Shown piece by piece: positions 46,793-56,652 of a stretch of 64,000 bases of DNA (position 1 is its first letter; each line of letters begins with the position of its first letter). The notes beneath the pieces are model-generated. The model was given only the letters and a program-made list of their open reading frames with translations, did not search any database and was not told the origin of the DNA. The position numbers and the translations under genes are program-made. Source of the stretch: Sedimentisphaerales bacterium (GTDB lineage Bacteria > Planctomycetota > Phycisphaerae > Sedimentisphaerales > SM23-30). The stretch lies in the NCBI GenBank assembly GCA_963666285.1, contig OY762711.1. One strand, written 5' to 3'.

Positions 46793-49273
46793 ATGAAAAT
46801 ATTGAATCTGAATAACAGTCATTTGAAGAAAATACTCCTGTCGATATTGTTATTGTTTTGGACAGCTGCAGTTGCTGATGTGTCGGTTCGAGAAGCTTCT
46901 GAGATTAGTAATGATACAATTGACTGGATGAAAATAGTGGCAGACTGGCAGCTGACCCAGAGCAGCTGGGACAGTTCTGTAAGTTGGGAGCGAGGTGCGC
47001 TGCATGCCGGTATGATGGCGTGTTATGAGGCTACTAAAGACGAGAAATACCTGGAGAAATGCCGGGAGTGGTCGGAGAAGTTTAACTGGCAGCTGGGCTG
47101 GAATAATTCCAATCATGCCGATAATATGGCGTGTGCCCAGACATATTTGGAGCTGTATCTGCTGGATGAGCAGGATCCGTTTCGTTATGCGGATTATAAG
47201 AGTCAGAATGATACATTTGTGAACGATCCGGAAAGGTTTGACTGTATTAACTCCGGTGACAGTGACCAATGGTGGTGGTGTGATGCCTTGTTTATGGCGC
47301 CGCCTGCACTGGTGAGGCTGTCCAGGGCGATAGATGATCCGATCTATACACAAGCTATGCATATAATGTGGTCTGATACCCAGAGTTGTCTGTATGATAC
47401 AGAAGAACATCTTTTCTATCGTGACATCAATTATCTGCCGCCGTACAATTATAATGGTAAGAAAGTATTCTGGTCTCGTGGTAACGGCTGGGTGATAGCC
47501 GGAACGGCAAGAGTGCTTCAATATCTGCCGCTGGAAGATACAAACCGGTCCGGTTATGTTACTTTGCTGCAGGATATGGCGGCGAAGCTGGCGGATATCC
47601 AGCTGGAAGATGGGTACTGGCATTCCGATTTACTCAGCCCTGAGCGATTTGATGTCCCTGAGACCAGCGGGACCGGATTCTTTACTTATGGAATTGCCTG
47701 GGGTGTTAATAACGGTTTTCTCAATGAATCTGAATACTGGGGCAATGTTGAGGCCGGTTGGGATGCTTTGAGAGCGGCAGTGAAGTCGGATGGTTTGCTC
47801 GGCTGGGTTCAGCCGGTAGGCGCAGATCCGAGACTGGCGACAGAGTACGGGACAGATGTATTTGGTATTGGTGCTTATCTACTGGCCGGAAGTGAGATTT
47901 ACAAATATCAACTGGCACATGATTCCTGGACGATAGACTGTTTTGAGAGTTATGTGGATAGTGTCGGCTTGAGTGCGGCATGGTCTGACGGCACCATAAA
48001 TAGCAGCTCATCAGAAGCAACACTTGGTGACTATGGTGATAATTTTATGAAGCTGGCATATAATAATGGTCAGTATCCATATTATTCAGAAACGACCAAA
48101 GCGTTTGCTACTCCAATGGATTTTGCAGCAGATGAAGCATATTATCTTTCGGTTCTGGTTCGAGGTGATGTCGCTAATGCCGAAGAAAGTATGTTTATTC
48201 GGCTGGAGGATGTCAGTTCGAATACTGCGACTGTAGTAATGGATGACAAATCAATAGTACAAACCGCCAGCTGGCAGGAGCTTGGTTTTAAGCTGGCAGA
48301 TTTTTCCGGAATTGATAAAACACAGATAGTGAAGCTGACGATTGGTATCGGGACAGCGGGCCGGCCAGATGGGACAGGCAGCGGAACGGTACGTGTCGAT
48401 AATATCCGCCTTATGCCGAAAGAGTGTATTGCAGCAGATGATATAGTATTTGATTGCAATATGAATATGCAGGATTTTGCCCTGTTGGCTGCTGAATGGC
48501 TGGATGAAAACAGGATAGTGGTATCCCCGGTAGATCCAGGGAGCGAAAACCTTGTTGGATACTGGCCGCTAAACGAATCATACCAGGATGTAACAGGTAA
48601 TGGTTATGATGCCCAGTCCGGTTCATCGGTAATTTTTGATAGCGGATATTCAGGTTCGTCGGTTTACTTTGATGGCACAGATTATGCGAGCTACCTGGTT
48701 TGTGAAAACAGCAATAATCTGGATTTTGAAAACGGGCTGACAATCTCAGTCTGGATAAAGAGCTCCGGTCAGCAGGATCAATGGGCATCGGTTGTAACTA
48801 AAGGTTTACAGGCCTGGCGTTTGATCCGTAACAGTACCGGTAATTCGTTATCGTTTCATTTTAATAAATCCGGTGGCGGTGAGTATCAGGCAAATGGTTC
48901 TATTGAAGTTATGGACGGTCAGTGGCATCATGTTATGGCGGTTTATGACGGCAGTGAGCTTCGGCTATATATAGACGGTCAGCTGGATGCTTCAACAGCA
49001 GCCGGTTCTGTTAATACCACTACTGATCCGGTCTATATTGGCAGCAGGGTAAATAATACCAGTAACCGAAACTGGATAGGAAATATTGATGATGTGAGAT
49101 TGTATAATATTGCTCTTGATGAAAGTAACTTGTTATACCTGGCTGATAAGCCTGGATATGTGGAGCTGCCGGAAGAGAAATATCCGGCTGATCTGGTTTT
49201 TGACGGAATAGTTGATATGGTTGATCTGCAGGTATTGGCAGAAAAGTGGGCCCAGGAAATCATTTGGCCATAG
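46793..49273 (+). CDS. GH105/GH88-type unsaturated uronyl hydrolase with accessory beta domain, LamG and dockerin-like motifs
   Basis: HADNMAC, WWWCDALFMAPP, FWSRGNGWV, PETSGTGFFTYG and LGWVQPVG. Confidence 0.88.
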   Translation: MKILNLNNSHLKKILLSILLLFWTAAVADVSVREASEISNDTIDWMKIVADWQLTQSSWDSSVSWERGALHAGMMACYEATKDEKYLEKCREWSEKFNWQLGWNNSNHADNMACAQTYLELYLLDEQDPFRYADYKSQNDTFVNDPERFDCINSGDSDQWWWCDALFMAPPALVRLSRAIDDPIYTQAMHIMWSDTQSCLYDTEEHLFYRDINYLPPYNYNGKKVFWSRGNGWVIAGTARVLQYLPLEDTNRSGYVTLLQDMAAKLADIQLEDGYWHSDLLSPERFDVPETSGTGFFTYGIAWGVNNGFLNESEYWGNVEAGWDALRAAVKSDGLLGWVQPVGADPRLATEYGTDVFGIGAYLLAGSEIYKYQLAHDSWTIDCFESYVDSVGLSAAWSDGTINSSSSEATLGDYGDNFMKLAYNNGQYPYYSETTKAFATPMDFAADEAYYLSVLVRGDVANAEESMFIRLEDVSSNTATVVMDDKSIVQTASWQELGFKLADFSGIDKTQIVKLTIGIGTAGRPDGTGSGTVRVDNIRLMPKECIAADDIVFDCNMNMQDFALLAAEWLDENRIVVSPVDPGSENLVGYWPLNESYQDVTGNGYDAQSGSSVIFDSGYSGSSVYFDGTDYASYLVCENSNNLDFENGLTISVWIKSSGQQDQWASVVTKGLQAWRLIRNSTGNSLSFHFNKSGGGEYQANGSIEVMDGQWHHVMAVYDGSELRLYIDGQLDASTAAGSVNTTTDPVYIGSRVNNTSNRNWIGNIDDVRLYNIALDESNLLYLADKPGYVELPEEKYPADLVFDGIVDMVDLQVLAEKWAQEIIWP

Positions 49274-49298
49274 TTTTTGAATTTGGAGGATTTTGTTA

Positions 49299-50864
49299 AT
49301 GGTAAGAAAAATGTTACATGTTGTTTTGGTGGTTTTGTTTATTGTCGCAGTTCCAGTATTGTCTGCACCGCCTGATGGTGCCGGTTACAGCTGGAAGCTG
49401 GTTTTTGGCGATGATTTTAACGGCAGCAGCCTGGATAGGAATAAGTGGATAAGTCAGCTGCCCTGGACGCGGGATTATAAAGGTGATGCCTATATTCGCG
49501 ACAATAATGTGACGGTTGAGGACGGCATATTGACCATTACCGCCAAAGCAGAAGATTATTCAGGTCATGAATTTACTTCCGGAGCGATATCAACCGGCTA
49601 TAGCAAGTTTCGATTTAAGTATGGCTATGTAGAGGCGAAGATTAATATGCCTAGTGCTCGCGGCAGCTGGTGTAATTTCTGGATGCTTTCTGACGGCTGG
49701 CCACCGGAAGTGGACATTGTAGAGTATCCGCTATACACTGTTTCAGGTGATAGTAATCAGCGATACAGGTATCTGTCGAATATTCATTATGGCGATTATC
49801 TGTCAAATATGGCGACACACTGGAAAAGTGATCTGTCAGCCGGTTATCATACTTACGCCTTTTACTGGCGGCCTTGGTACCTGGAATATTATTTTGACAA
49901 CAGTTACGTTCGCAGTATAAGCGATTTTGAATACAGTAATAATTTCGGAAGTATGTATCTTATCCTGGACTACTATGTCGGCGGCGAATGGAGTGGTGAA
50001 GTTTTGCAGCATCCTGACCCTGACACCTGGCCGAATCCGGCTACCAGTGACGGCGGTAAGATGCAGATCGATTGGGTGCGGGTCTGGCAGCGTAACCAGG
50101 ATGCGGTAAAGGAGTGTATAGGATGGTGGCGTCTGGATGAGGAAAGCGGAGCAGTTGCCTCAGACGTTAGTGGTAAAGGTATGGACGGCACACTACAGGG
50201 CGGCATGAGTTTTGACACCAATCGGGTAAACGGTAATCTTGGTACAGCGGTTACTTTTGACGGAGTTGATGATTATGTTGATTTGCCGGACGGTTTCGAT
50301 GAATTTGATAACGGCTGTACCTTTACACTATGGGCCAAGCCGACGGCGGTGAAAAATCATGCCAGGTTTATCGAGCTGGGTAATGGTACAACTTCTAATA
50401 CAATTTCCTTCGCTCGTGACGGTACAAGCAACGGATTGCGTTTTAAATCTTATGGCGGCAGCAGTTCTGATGGTGCTGTTATTGCTAGCGATGCGATAGA
50501 GCTGGATCGCTGGCAGTTTTTTGCCGTTACAATAGACAATTCCGATAATGTATGTTTGTATAAAAATGGCGAGTTGATAAAGACAGGCACTTCTACCTGG
50601 CCGTGGGGTGTCAAGCGTACACAGAATTACCTGGGCCGCAGCAGCTGGTCTTCGGATGCTTATTATCAGGGTGCTATGGACGAAGTAAGAGTATTCGATT
50701 TTGCCCTGACCGATACCCAGATACAGTATGTCTATGAAAACAGTAAATTCTGCTCGGAACCGTATCCGGAAGAGCTGGATATTAACTGGGATTGTGTGAT
50801 AGACATTACCGAGCTGTCGGTATTGATGCAGGCATGGCTCAGTAACGGTTTTGAAGTTGAATAA
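49299..50864 (+). CDS. GH16 glycoside hydrolase with LamG and dockerin-like tail
   Basis: WKLVFGDDF, FTSGAI, FKYGYVEA, catalytic WPPEVDIVE (ExDxxE) and MQIDWVRVWQ. Start 49293-49311 uncertain. Confidence 0.88.
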   Translation: MVRKMLHVVLVVLFIVAVPVLSAPPDGAGYSWKLVFGDDFNGSSLDRNKWISQLPWTRDYKGDAYIRDNNVTVEDGILTITAKAEDYSGHEFTSGAISTGYSKFRFKYGYVEAKINMPSARGSWCNFWMLSDGWPPEVDIVEYPLYTVSGDSNQRYRYLSNIHYGDYLSNMATHWKSDLSAGYHTYAFYWRPWYLEYYFDNSYVRSISDFEYSNNFGSMYLILDYYVGGEWSGEVLQHPDPDTWPNPATSDGGKMQIDWVRVWQRNQDAVKECIGWWRLDEESGAVASDVSGKGMDGTLQGGMSFDTNRVNGNLGTAVTFDGVDDYVDLPDGFDEFDNGCTFTLWAKPTAVKNHARFIELGNGTTSNTISFARDGTSNGLRFKSYGGSSSDGAVIASDAIELDRWQFFAVTIDNSDNVCLYKNGELIKTGTSTWPWGVKRTQNYLGRSSWSSDAYYQGAMDEVRVFDFALTDTQIQYVYENSKFCSEPYPEELDINWDCVIDITELSVLMQAWLSNGFEVE

Positions 50865-51207
50865 GTATTTGGTACCCTGTTTTTAAGGGGTGCCGGATAA
50901 AAGTATAATAATGAGGTAAGTTTTTGTGTAATGCAGGAGTTTACCTCTTTTTTTTTGTTTTTTTATAGAATCATCGATGTTAAAACAGTATATTGGAATA
51001 ATGGCCAGGAAACTGGATTGTAAATATTAATTTATTTTAACGAGGTGTTTTTTGAAACTTATTATTAGTTCAACAGATGTATGCTAGCGCATGTGATGTA
51101 AAACGTGCGCACCCAATCGATCCCCGTAATTTTGGAGGAATTTTAAATATGATAATATAATGCCTGTAGCAGATATCTACAGGTGCAATACATAAAGGAA
51201 AATTAAA

Positions 51208-51987
51208 ATGAAACAATGGTACGAAGAATTGTTCGAAAACTTCGCAGGTAATTATGATAACGAGCATTTTACCCAGGGCACTCTGGGGGAATGTGATTTT
51301 ATCGAAAGTGAGATCAACTCGGATAAAAGTGTCCGGATACTGGATATCGGCTGCGGGACAGGCAGGCACTCGATAGAGCTTGCCAGGCGTGGGTACGATG
51401 TGACAGGTATTGATCTTTCAGAGTGCCAGATATCGAAAGCTCGTGAAAAGGCGAAGTTGGCAGGTGTATCAGTAGAGTTTCTGACGGCGGACGCCCGGGA
51501 GCTGAACTATGCCGGTGAATTTGGACTGGCGATTATGCTTTGTGAGGGTGGTTTCAGCCTGATGGAGACTGACGAGATGAACTATGCTATTTTGCAGGGT
51601 GCGGCCAGTTCGCTTCTGCCCGGTGGTAAGTTTATCTTTACCTGTCTCAACGGATTGTTTCCCCTGTTTCATTCGGTTAAAGAGTTTATGGATAAGTCAG
51701 CTGATGAGGCAAAAAAAGGCTCATCTAATGCCGGTTACAATATGCAGGATTTTGACCTGCTGACCTTTCGTCAGAAACAGAAGGTTAAGTTTTCTGATGA
51801 CAGCGGCATCGAAAAAGAGCTGGACAGCAACGAGCGGTTTTATGTCCCTAGCGAAATTACCTGGCAGCTGAAGAGCCTGGGTATGAGCGAGATAGACATA
51901 TTTGGCTCGAAGCTCGGTGCGTATAGCCGCAATGATAAACTTCGGACCGATGATTATGAGATGCTGATTGTTTGTAAAAAACAATAA
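51208..51987 (+). CDS. Class I SAM-dependent methyltransferase
   Basis: ILDIGCGTGRH, VTGIDLS and LLPGGKF. Confidence 0.9.
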   Translation: MKQWYEELFENFAGNYDNEHFTQGTLGECDFIESEINSDKSVRILDIGCGTGRHSIELARRGYDVTGIDLSECQISKAREKAKLAGVSVEFLTADARELNYAGEFGLAIMLCEGGFSLMETDEMNYAILQGAASSLLPGGKFIFTCLNGLFPLFHSVKEFMDKSADEAKKGSSNAGYNMQDFDLLTFRQKQKVKFSDDSGIEKELDSNERFYVPSEITWQLKSLGMSEIDIFGSKLGAYSRNDKLRTDDYEMLIVCKKQ

Positions 51988-52034
51988 GCTGATATTTGAC
52001 TTGTTCGCTTTTCAGTGAACTTTACAAAACTAAA

Positions 52035-52066
52035 AAGACCGGGTTAGAGATTTCTATCCCGGTCTT
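52035..52066. terminator. Bidirectional terminator
   Basis: AAGACCGGGTTAGA...TCTATCCCGGTCTT between convergent genes. Confidence 0.7.
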
Positions 52067-52073
52067 ATTCTTT

Positions 52074-52532
52074 TTACAGAAATTCTTTTCTATTTTTCTT
52101 TATATATTCAATTATAAGTTCAGTTAAATCGTCTTCATAATCATAAAACTTATTATCAAGCTGTTCCCACGAATCGCTTGTTTTGTCTTCTATAGAGTCC
52201 ATGATTTCTTGGCGTTTATTTCTGTCTTCAGGGATAATTCCATCAGGAAATATAGCCATTGCTGATTTCAGCAGATCGGCTGTTTTATCAGCTCCAATAG
52301 CACGCAGCCCATCTAATGTTATCTGGGTGCGATCGCCAGAGGAATTCCAGAAAAACTGGTCAAATCCTCCATTGTTAAGTTCTTGATCAAAGATAAAAAC
52401 ACAAGCAATGTAGGTTTCTTTTTGTGTTAATTTCTGGCCGGAATCTTGCCTGGTTTCAAGGATATGGTCAGAAATCATTATGGCTGCATCATCTTTATCA
52501 TCTAATTTTATTGCTTCATCTATCACACTCAT
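52074..52532 (-). CDS. DUF4375 / DMP19-family protein
   Basis: ELNNGGFDQFFWNSSG, LRAIGA and LDNKFY motifs; acidic. Confidence 0.8.
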   Translation of the reverse strand: MSVIDEAIKLDDKDDAAIMISDHILETRQDSGQKLTQKETYIACVFIFDQELNNGGFDQFFWNSSGDRTQITLDGLRAIGADKTADLLKSAMAIFPDGIIPEDRNKRQEIMDSIEDKTSDSWEQLDNKFYDYEDDLTELIIEYIKKNRKEFL

Positions 52533-52562
52533 GAATCACCTCGTTTTTGTATAAAGTTACTG

Positions 52563-53954
52563 TTATAATTTCGCAAAATCTGAACCGGTTGGGTTTTGGA
52601 ATACGCGCAGTTCGAATTCGGGGATGACGGCGAGGATATGGTCGAAGATATCGGCCTGGATGCCTTCGTAGTTGGTCCAGCGTTTATCGCGGCAGAAGAT
52701 ATATATTTCTATCGGCAGCCCCGTTTCAGTAGGCTGGAGATGTCGCACCAGGAAGGTCAGATCGGTATTGATCATAGGGTGGTTATGCAGGTACCCTTCA
52801 AGGTAAGCCCGGAACGTACCGAGGTTGGTCATGCGTCTGCCGTTGACCATCTCGCTGCTGTCGATATTATTCTTTTCATTATAATCTCGCAATTCGTTCT
52901 GCTTATCTTCGATATACTTTGTGATATTATGAAATCGTTTAAATTTTTCGATCATCCCATCGTCACAGAATTTTACGCTGGACATATCTATATTAATCGA
53001 GCGTTTGATACGTCGTCCGGCTGATTCGCTCATGCCACGCCAGTTTTTGAACGAGTCGGTTACCATCGAATAAGTTGGTATCGTAGTTATGGTCTTGTCA
53101 AAGTTCTGAACCTTTAGAGTAGTAAGTGAAATATCGATGACATCGCCGTCTGCTCCGTATCTGGGCATCTCTATCCAATCGCCGACCCGGATCATCTTAT
53201 TAGTCGAAAGCTGTATGCCGGCGACGAGTCCGAGAATGGAATCCTTGAATATCAAAAGCAGGATAGCGGTCATAGCACCGAGGCCGGTTAGGAAATAACC
53301 CGGTTTTTTGCCCATAATGACCGACAGGGTAAAGATAATTGCGATAGCCCAGAGGATAATCTTGGCAACCTGGATGAATCCCTTTATCGGCATATTTTGT
53401 GATACATCCAGTTTGTTGTATAGGGTGTTGGCACTGTTTAGAAAAGCCGAAGCAGCAAAAAGTATGGCAAAGATCAGGTAGATAAGCGAAATACTGGAGA
53501 CAAAAAGGGTCAGCTGTGCCAGTATTTCTGATGCTTGTACCGGGGCCGATGAAAAGATTTCACCAACCGGGGTATTGGCAATATCGTTAGCCACTTTATC
53601 AGCCAGATCGGTAAGCCCACCGCTTTTTGATAGTTCCTTGGCGGCCTCGGCTGTCGCAGTGCTATCAGTCGGCTGGCTGTACAACAGGTCGGTCCATGAG
53701 GTGATTTTTACGGATACCCGCTGGGCAAAAACCTCGGTAAATTTATAGAGTGCCAGTGCAGGTACCGCATGAGCCAGCCTGATAAATACCTTGTTCTCGG
53801 CAAGAATATCGTCCCAATCGAACCGTGTTTTTTTGATTATCTTATGTACTATGGGTACTAGTAGTCGCCGGGCTATCAGCCACGTCACAAACCAGACAGC
53901 AAATGCGACCGCGATAAATATGCCTATATTGGTAATTTCAGTTTTGAAATCCAT
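52563..53954 (-). CDS. MscS-family miniconductance mechanosensitive channel (YbdG-like)
   Basis: GLGAMTAILLLIFKDSILGLVAGIQ, GDWIEMP.YGADGDV, FKNWRGM..GRRIKRSI, TNLGTFRAY and FQNPTGSD. Confidence 0.92.
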   Translation of the reverse strand: MDFKTEITNIGIFIAVAFAVWFVTWLIARRLLVPIVHKIIKKTRFDWDDILAENKVFIRLAHAVPALALYKFTEVFAQRVSVKITSWTDLLYSQPTDSTATAEAAKELSKSGGLTDLADKVANDIANTPVGEIFSSAPVQASEILAQLTLFVSSISLIYLIFAILFAASAFLNSANTLYNKLDVSQNMPIKGFIQVAKIILWAIAIIFTLSVIMGKKPGYFLTGLGAMTAILLLIFKDSILGLVAGIQLSTNKMIRVGDWIEMPRYGADGDVIDISLTTLKVQNFDKTITTIPTYSMVTDSFKNWRGMSESAGRRIKRSINIDMSSVKFCDDGMIEKFKRFHNITKYIEDKQNELRDYNEKNNIDSSEMVNGRRMTNLGTFRAYLEGYLHNHPMINTDLTFLVRHLQPTETGLPIEIYIFCRDKRWTNYEGIQADIFDHILAVIPEFELRVFQNPTGSDFAKL

Positions 53955-54383
53955 TGAATAGCTCCGTCATTAAAGGTATTGGATATCAGGTTTTAGGAAA
54001 GATAACGGCCTCGCGTAACAGTTATAATGAGTTTCGCAGGCATTACCTTAAACCGTGATTTTTGCCACAAACTAGTTATTATATAATCCAGAACTATAAG
54101 TATATGGAAATAATGAGCGATTGCAAGCAGGGGCAATAGAACGATGGAGTTTGAATGATCCGGCATGTGTAGAAATGGCAAGTGTATTGTGTAAAATGTT
54201 GTTGTTAAATTAGTTACGGTTTTTCAGGGTTGATTTTGAGTTTTTGAACCTGAATTATGAGTTGGCGTATATAATATGTATGGAGAATAATATAAATAGC
54301 CGATAATTATTAGTGGCTATATTGGAAAACTTTAGTTAAATAACTGTTAAGTATAGATTTAGATAGGATATGAGGTGTAGAAT

Positions 54384-55229
54384 ATGAAGTTTTTGAATAA
54401 TGTTAAAACAGCAATGTTGATGGCGGCATTGATGATGTTGTTTGTTTTTATAGGCGGCAGGTTTTTCGGCCAGCATGGCATGATATTCGCGCTGCTGCTG
54501 AGCGGCGGGATGAACTTTTTCGGATATTTCTATAGCGATAAGATAGCTTTGAAAATGATGCGATGTCAGCCCGCGGACGATCCGGATAATGCTAATTATA
54601 ATTCTCAACTTGTTAGTACTGTAGAAGAGCTGGCTGCTCGTGCAGACCTGCCGATGCCCAGGGTTTATGTCTGTCCGCAGGATGCCCCGAACGCATTTGC
54701 GACCGGTCGGGACCCGAACCATGCCGCGGTGGCGGTAACAGCCGGCATAATGAGAATGCTTAACCATGATGAGCTGCGAGGTGTGCTGGCACATGAACTG
54801 ACCCATATCAAAAATCGCGATACGCTGATAAGTACTATTGCCGCGACGATTGCCGGTGTGATATCTTCGATCGGGTATATGCTCTGGTTCCTACCGATCG
54901 GCGGCGATGATGACGACAATCCGCTGGCATCATTAGCCTTGATTATCCTGGCACCGATTGCCGCCGGTTTGATCCAGATGGCGATCAGCCGTCGTCGTGA
55001 ATTTATGGCTGACGCCGGCGGGGCAGAGATTACCGGCAGTCCGCACGGATTGGCCAGCGCCTTGCAGAAACTGGAATCGGCCAGCAGACGCATCCCGATG
55101 AAAGTGTCGAACAGTCATGAGAATATGTTTATCGTACAGCCGTTTAACGGCGAAGCAGCAATGAATCTGTTCCGGACACACCCCACTACAGAAGACAGGG
55201 TGAAAGCGCTAATGGCATTAGGGTATTAA
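54384..55229 (+). CDS. htpX: Zinc metalloprotease HtpX (M48)
   Basis: PNAFATGR, ELRGVLAHELTH, SRRREFMAD and LFRTHPTTEDR. Confidence 0.93.
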   Translation: MKFLNNVKTAMLMAALMMLFVFIGGRFFGQHGMIFALLLSGGMNFFGYFYSDKIALKMMRCQPADDPDNANYNSQLVSTVEELAARADLPMPRVYVCPQDAPNAFATGRDPNHAAVAVTAGIMRMLNHDELRGVLAHELTHIKNRDTLISTIAATIAGVISSIGYMLWFLPIGGDDDDNPLASLALIILAPIAAGLIQMAISRRREFMADAGGAEITGSPHGLASALQKLESASRRIPMKVSNSHENMFIVQPFNGEAAMNLFRTHPTTEDRVKALMALGY

Positions 55230-55264
55230 TGTAAGCGAAGAACAAAAAACTGATTTATTATGAG

Positions 55265-55295
55265 TAGGCCCGTTAACAGCGGGCTTATTTTTTTT
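55265..55295 (+). terminator. Intrinsic terminator
   Basis: TAGGCCCGTT-AAC-AGCGGGCTTA followed by T-run after htpX. Confidence 0.75.
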
Positions 55296-55424
55296 ATGAG
55301 CTGATATCGGGATTATAGTATAATATAGGACAACGGTTTTTTGGTTACACTGGGATGCAGGGAAAGTTTTAAAAGATTTTTCCGATAAATTTGGTTACTA
55401 TATTTTAGAAGAAGGATATCTGGT

Positions 55425-56459
55425 ATGAGTGATGAAAAAGCAAAGCAAGGAGATTTTGACGGTTCTGAAACAATAGCTGTTGATGGTTGTATTATAAAAG
55501 CATGTATTTTTATGGTGCTGTTCTTGTCATTACCGTTGATACTAGCAGGAGGAAGCAGTCCAAATGGTATTTATTTTGGTTCTTCTCCGTACAATAATTT
55601 GAAAAGAGTGTATGAAAGTCTCCAGATATATGCCCGGGAAAATAAAGGAGAATATCCTGTGGATAACTGGTTTGTTACACTTTGTCCAAGCGGTGATTTT
55701 GAAGAGTATAATTTATCAAAGTATAATGGTGTAGTTTTAAATCTACATGCGTTAGAGTTAGGGGAAGATTCGCCTGATGATATGGTGTTGGGTTTTGGCA
55801 GCAGAGATGAAGACTGGGGTAAGGCTGGAGTGTATGATTCGAATAAGTTTGGTGAAAGAAGATACTATATGCATTGTCTTTTTTCTGATGGTATAATACG
55901 TAGAGTTAGTAATTCCCATATAAGATATTTACGGTGGACCAAGGATGGTTTTGATCGCCCGAAATTGGATACTGCCGGCCTTTATACTGTTTTTGGTGAA
56001 ATTGGTTTAGTTACACTAGCGACAGTGGTATTATGCTTCAGGTATTTCCTGAAGAGCTTTCATGTAGTTGTCCTGGTTGTGGCGTTGGCATATATTCCAA
56101 GCTTTTTATTCGGCTCACATGGAGCAAGGTTGTATTTGCCGTTGCTGGATTATACCTATCATGATTCCTTTAGATGTATTTATTGGTTGGGGCCTGTAGC
56201 TGCGGTAGGGTATGTGCCGCTTATGAAATGGTTAAGAGCGAGGTATCGGTATTTCAATGATACATCCCCTGTGGTTTTTTGTGGAATTATTACCGGTCTG
56301 ATATGTGCTGTTTTAACTCATGTTATTTTGCGATATTTGTATATGGAGGAATCGATTAATCCTATGCTCGGCGGCATACCGTTTGGTTTATGGTCCGGTG
56401 CTGTTCTCGGTTGGATAACCAGCGTTTTGATGGGCAAAAATACAAAAGATCAAACCTGA
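55425..56459 (+). CDS. Hypothetical membrane protein
   Basis: N-terminal TM, pilin-like-subunit segment (NNLKRVYESLQIYA...LFSDG) and ~5 C-terminal TM helices. Confidence 0.65.
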   Translation: MSDEKAKQGDFDGSETIAVDGCIIKACIFMVLFLSLPLILAGGSSPNGIYFGSSPYNNLKRVYESLQIYARENKGEYPVDNWFVTLCPSGDFEEYNLSKYNGVVLNLHALELGEDSPDDMVLGFGSRDEDWGKAGVYDSNKFGERRYYMHCLFSDGIIRRVSNSHIRYLRWTKDGFDRPKLDTAGLYTVFGEIGLVTLATVVLCFRYFLKSFHVVVLVVALAYIPSFLFGSHGARLYLPLLDYTYHDSFRCIYWLGPVAAVGYVPLMKWLRARYRYFNDTSPVVFCGIITGLICAVLTHVILRYLYMEESINPMLGGIPFGLWSGAVLGWITSVLMGKNTKDQT

Positions 56460-56652
56460 CTTAAGGCAGAGTTTTTGAGGTGAAATATTAAGGCGCCCTC
56501 TGGAAATTCATTTTGAGCGACTAGTTTTTCTTTTGCCTGCTGACATGCGTCACATAAAACAGTGAATATAGCCCAATATGCACGATTTTATGTTCCTTGA
56601 CAGTAACCAAAATCTTAAACCATTGCATCAAAAGCAATTTCCAGAGGTCTCC

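Noticed and set aside
46850..47623. 257-aa antisense ORF and similar long shadow ORFs (11385, 24563, 38991, 54336)
   Set aside because: Lie opposite well-supported genes and show no motifs; typical antisense-frame artefacts.
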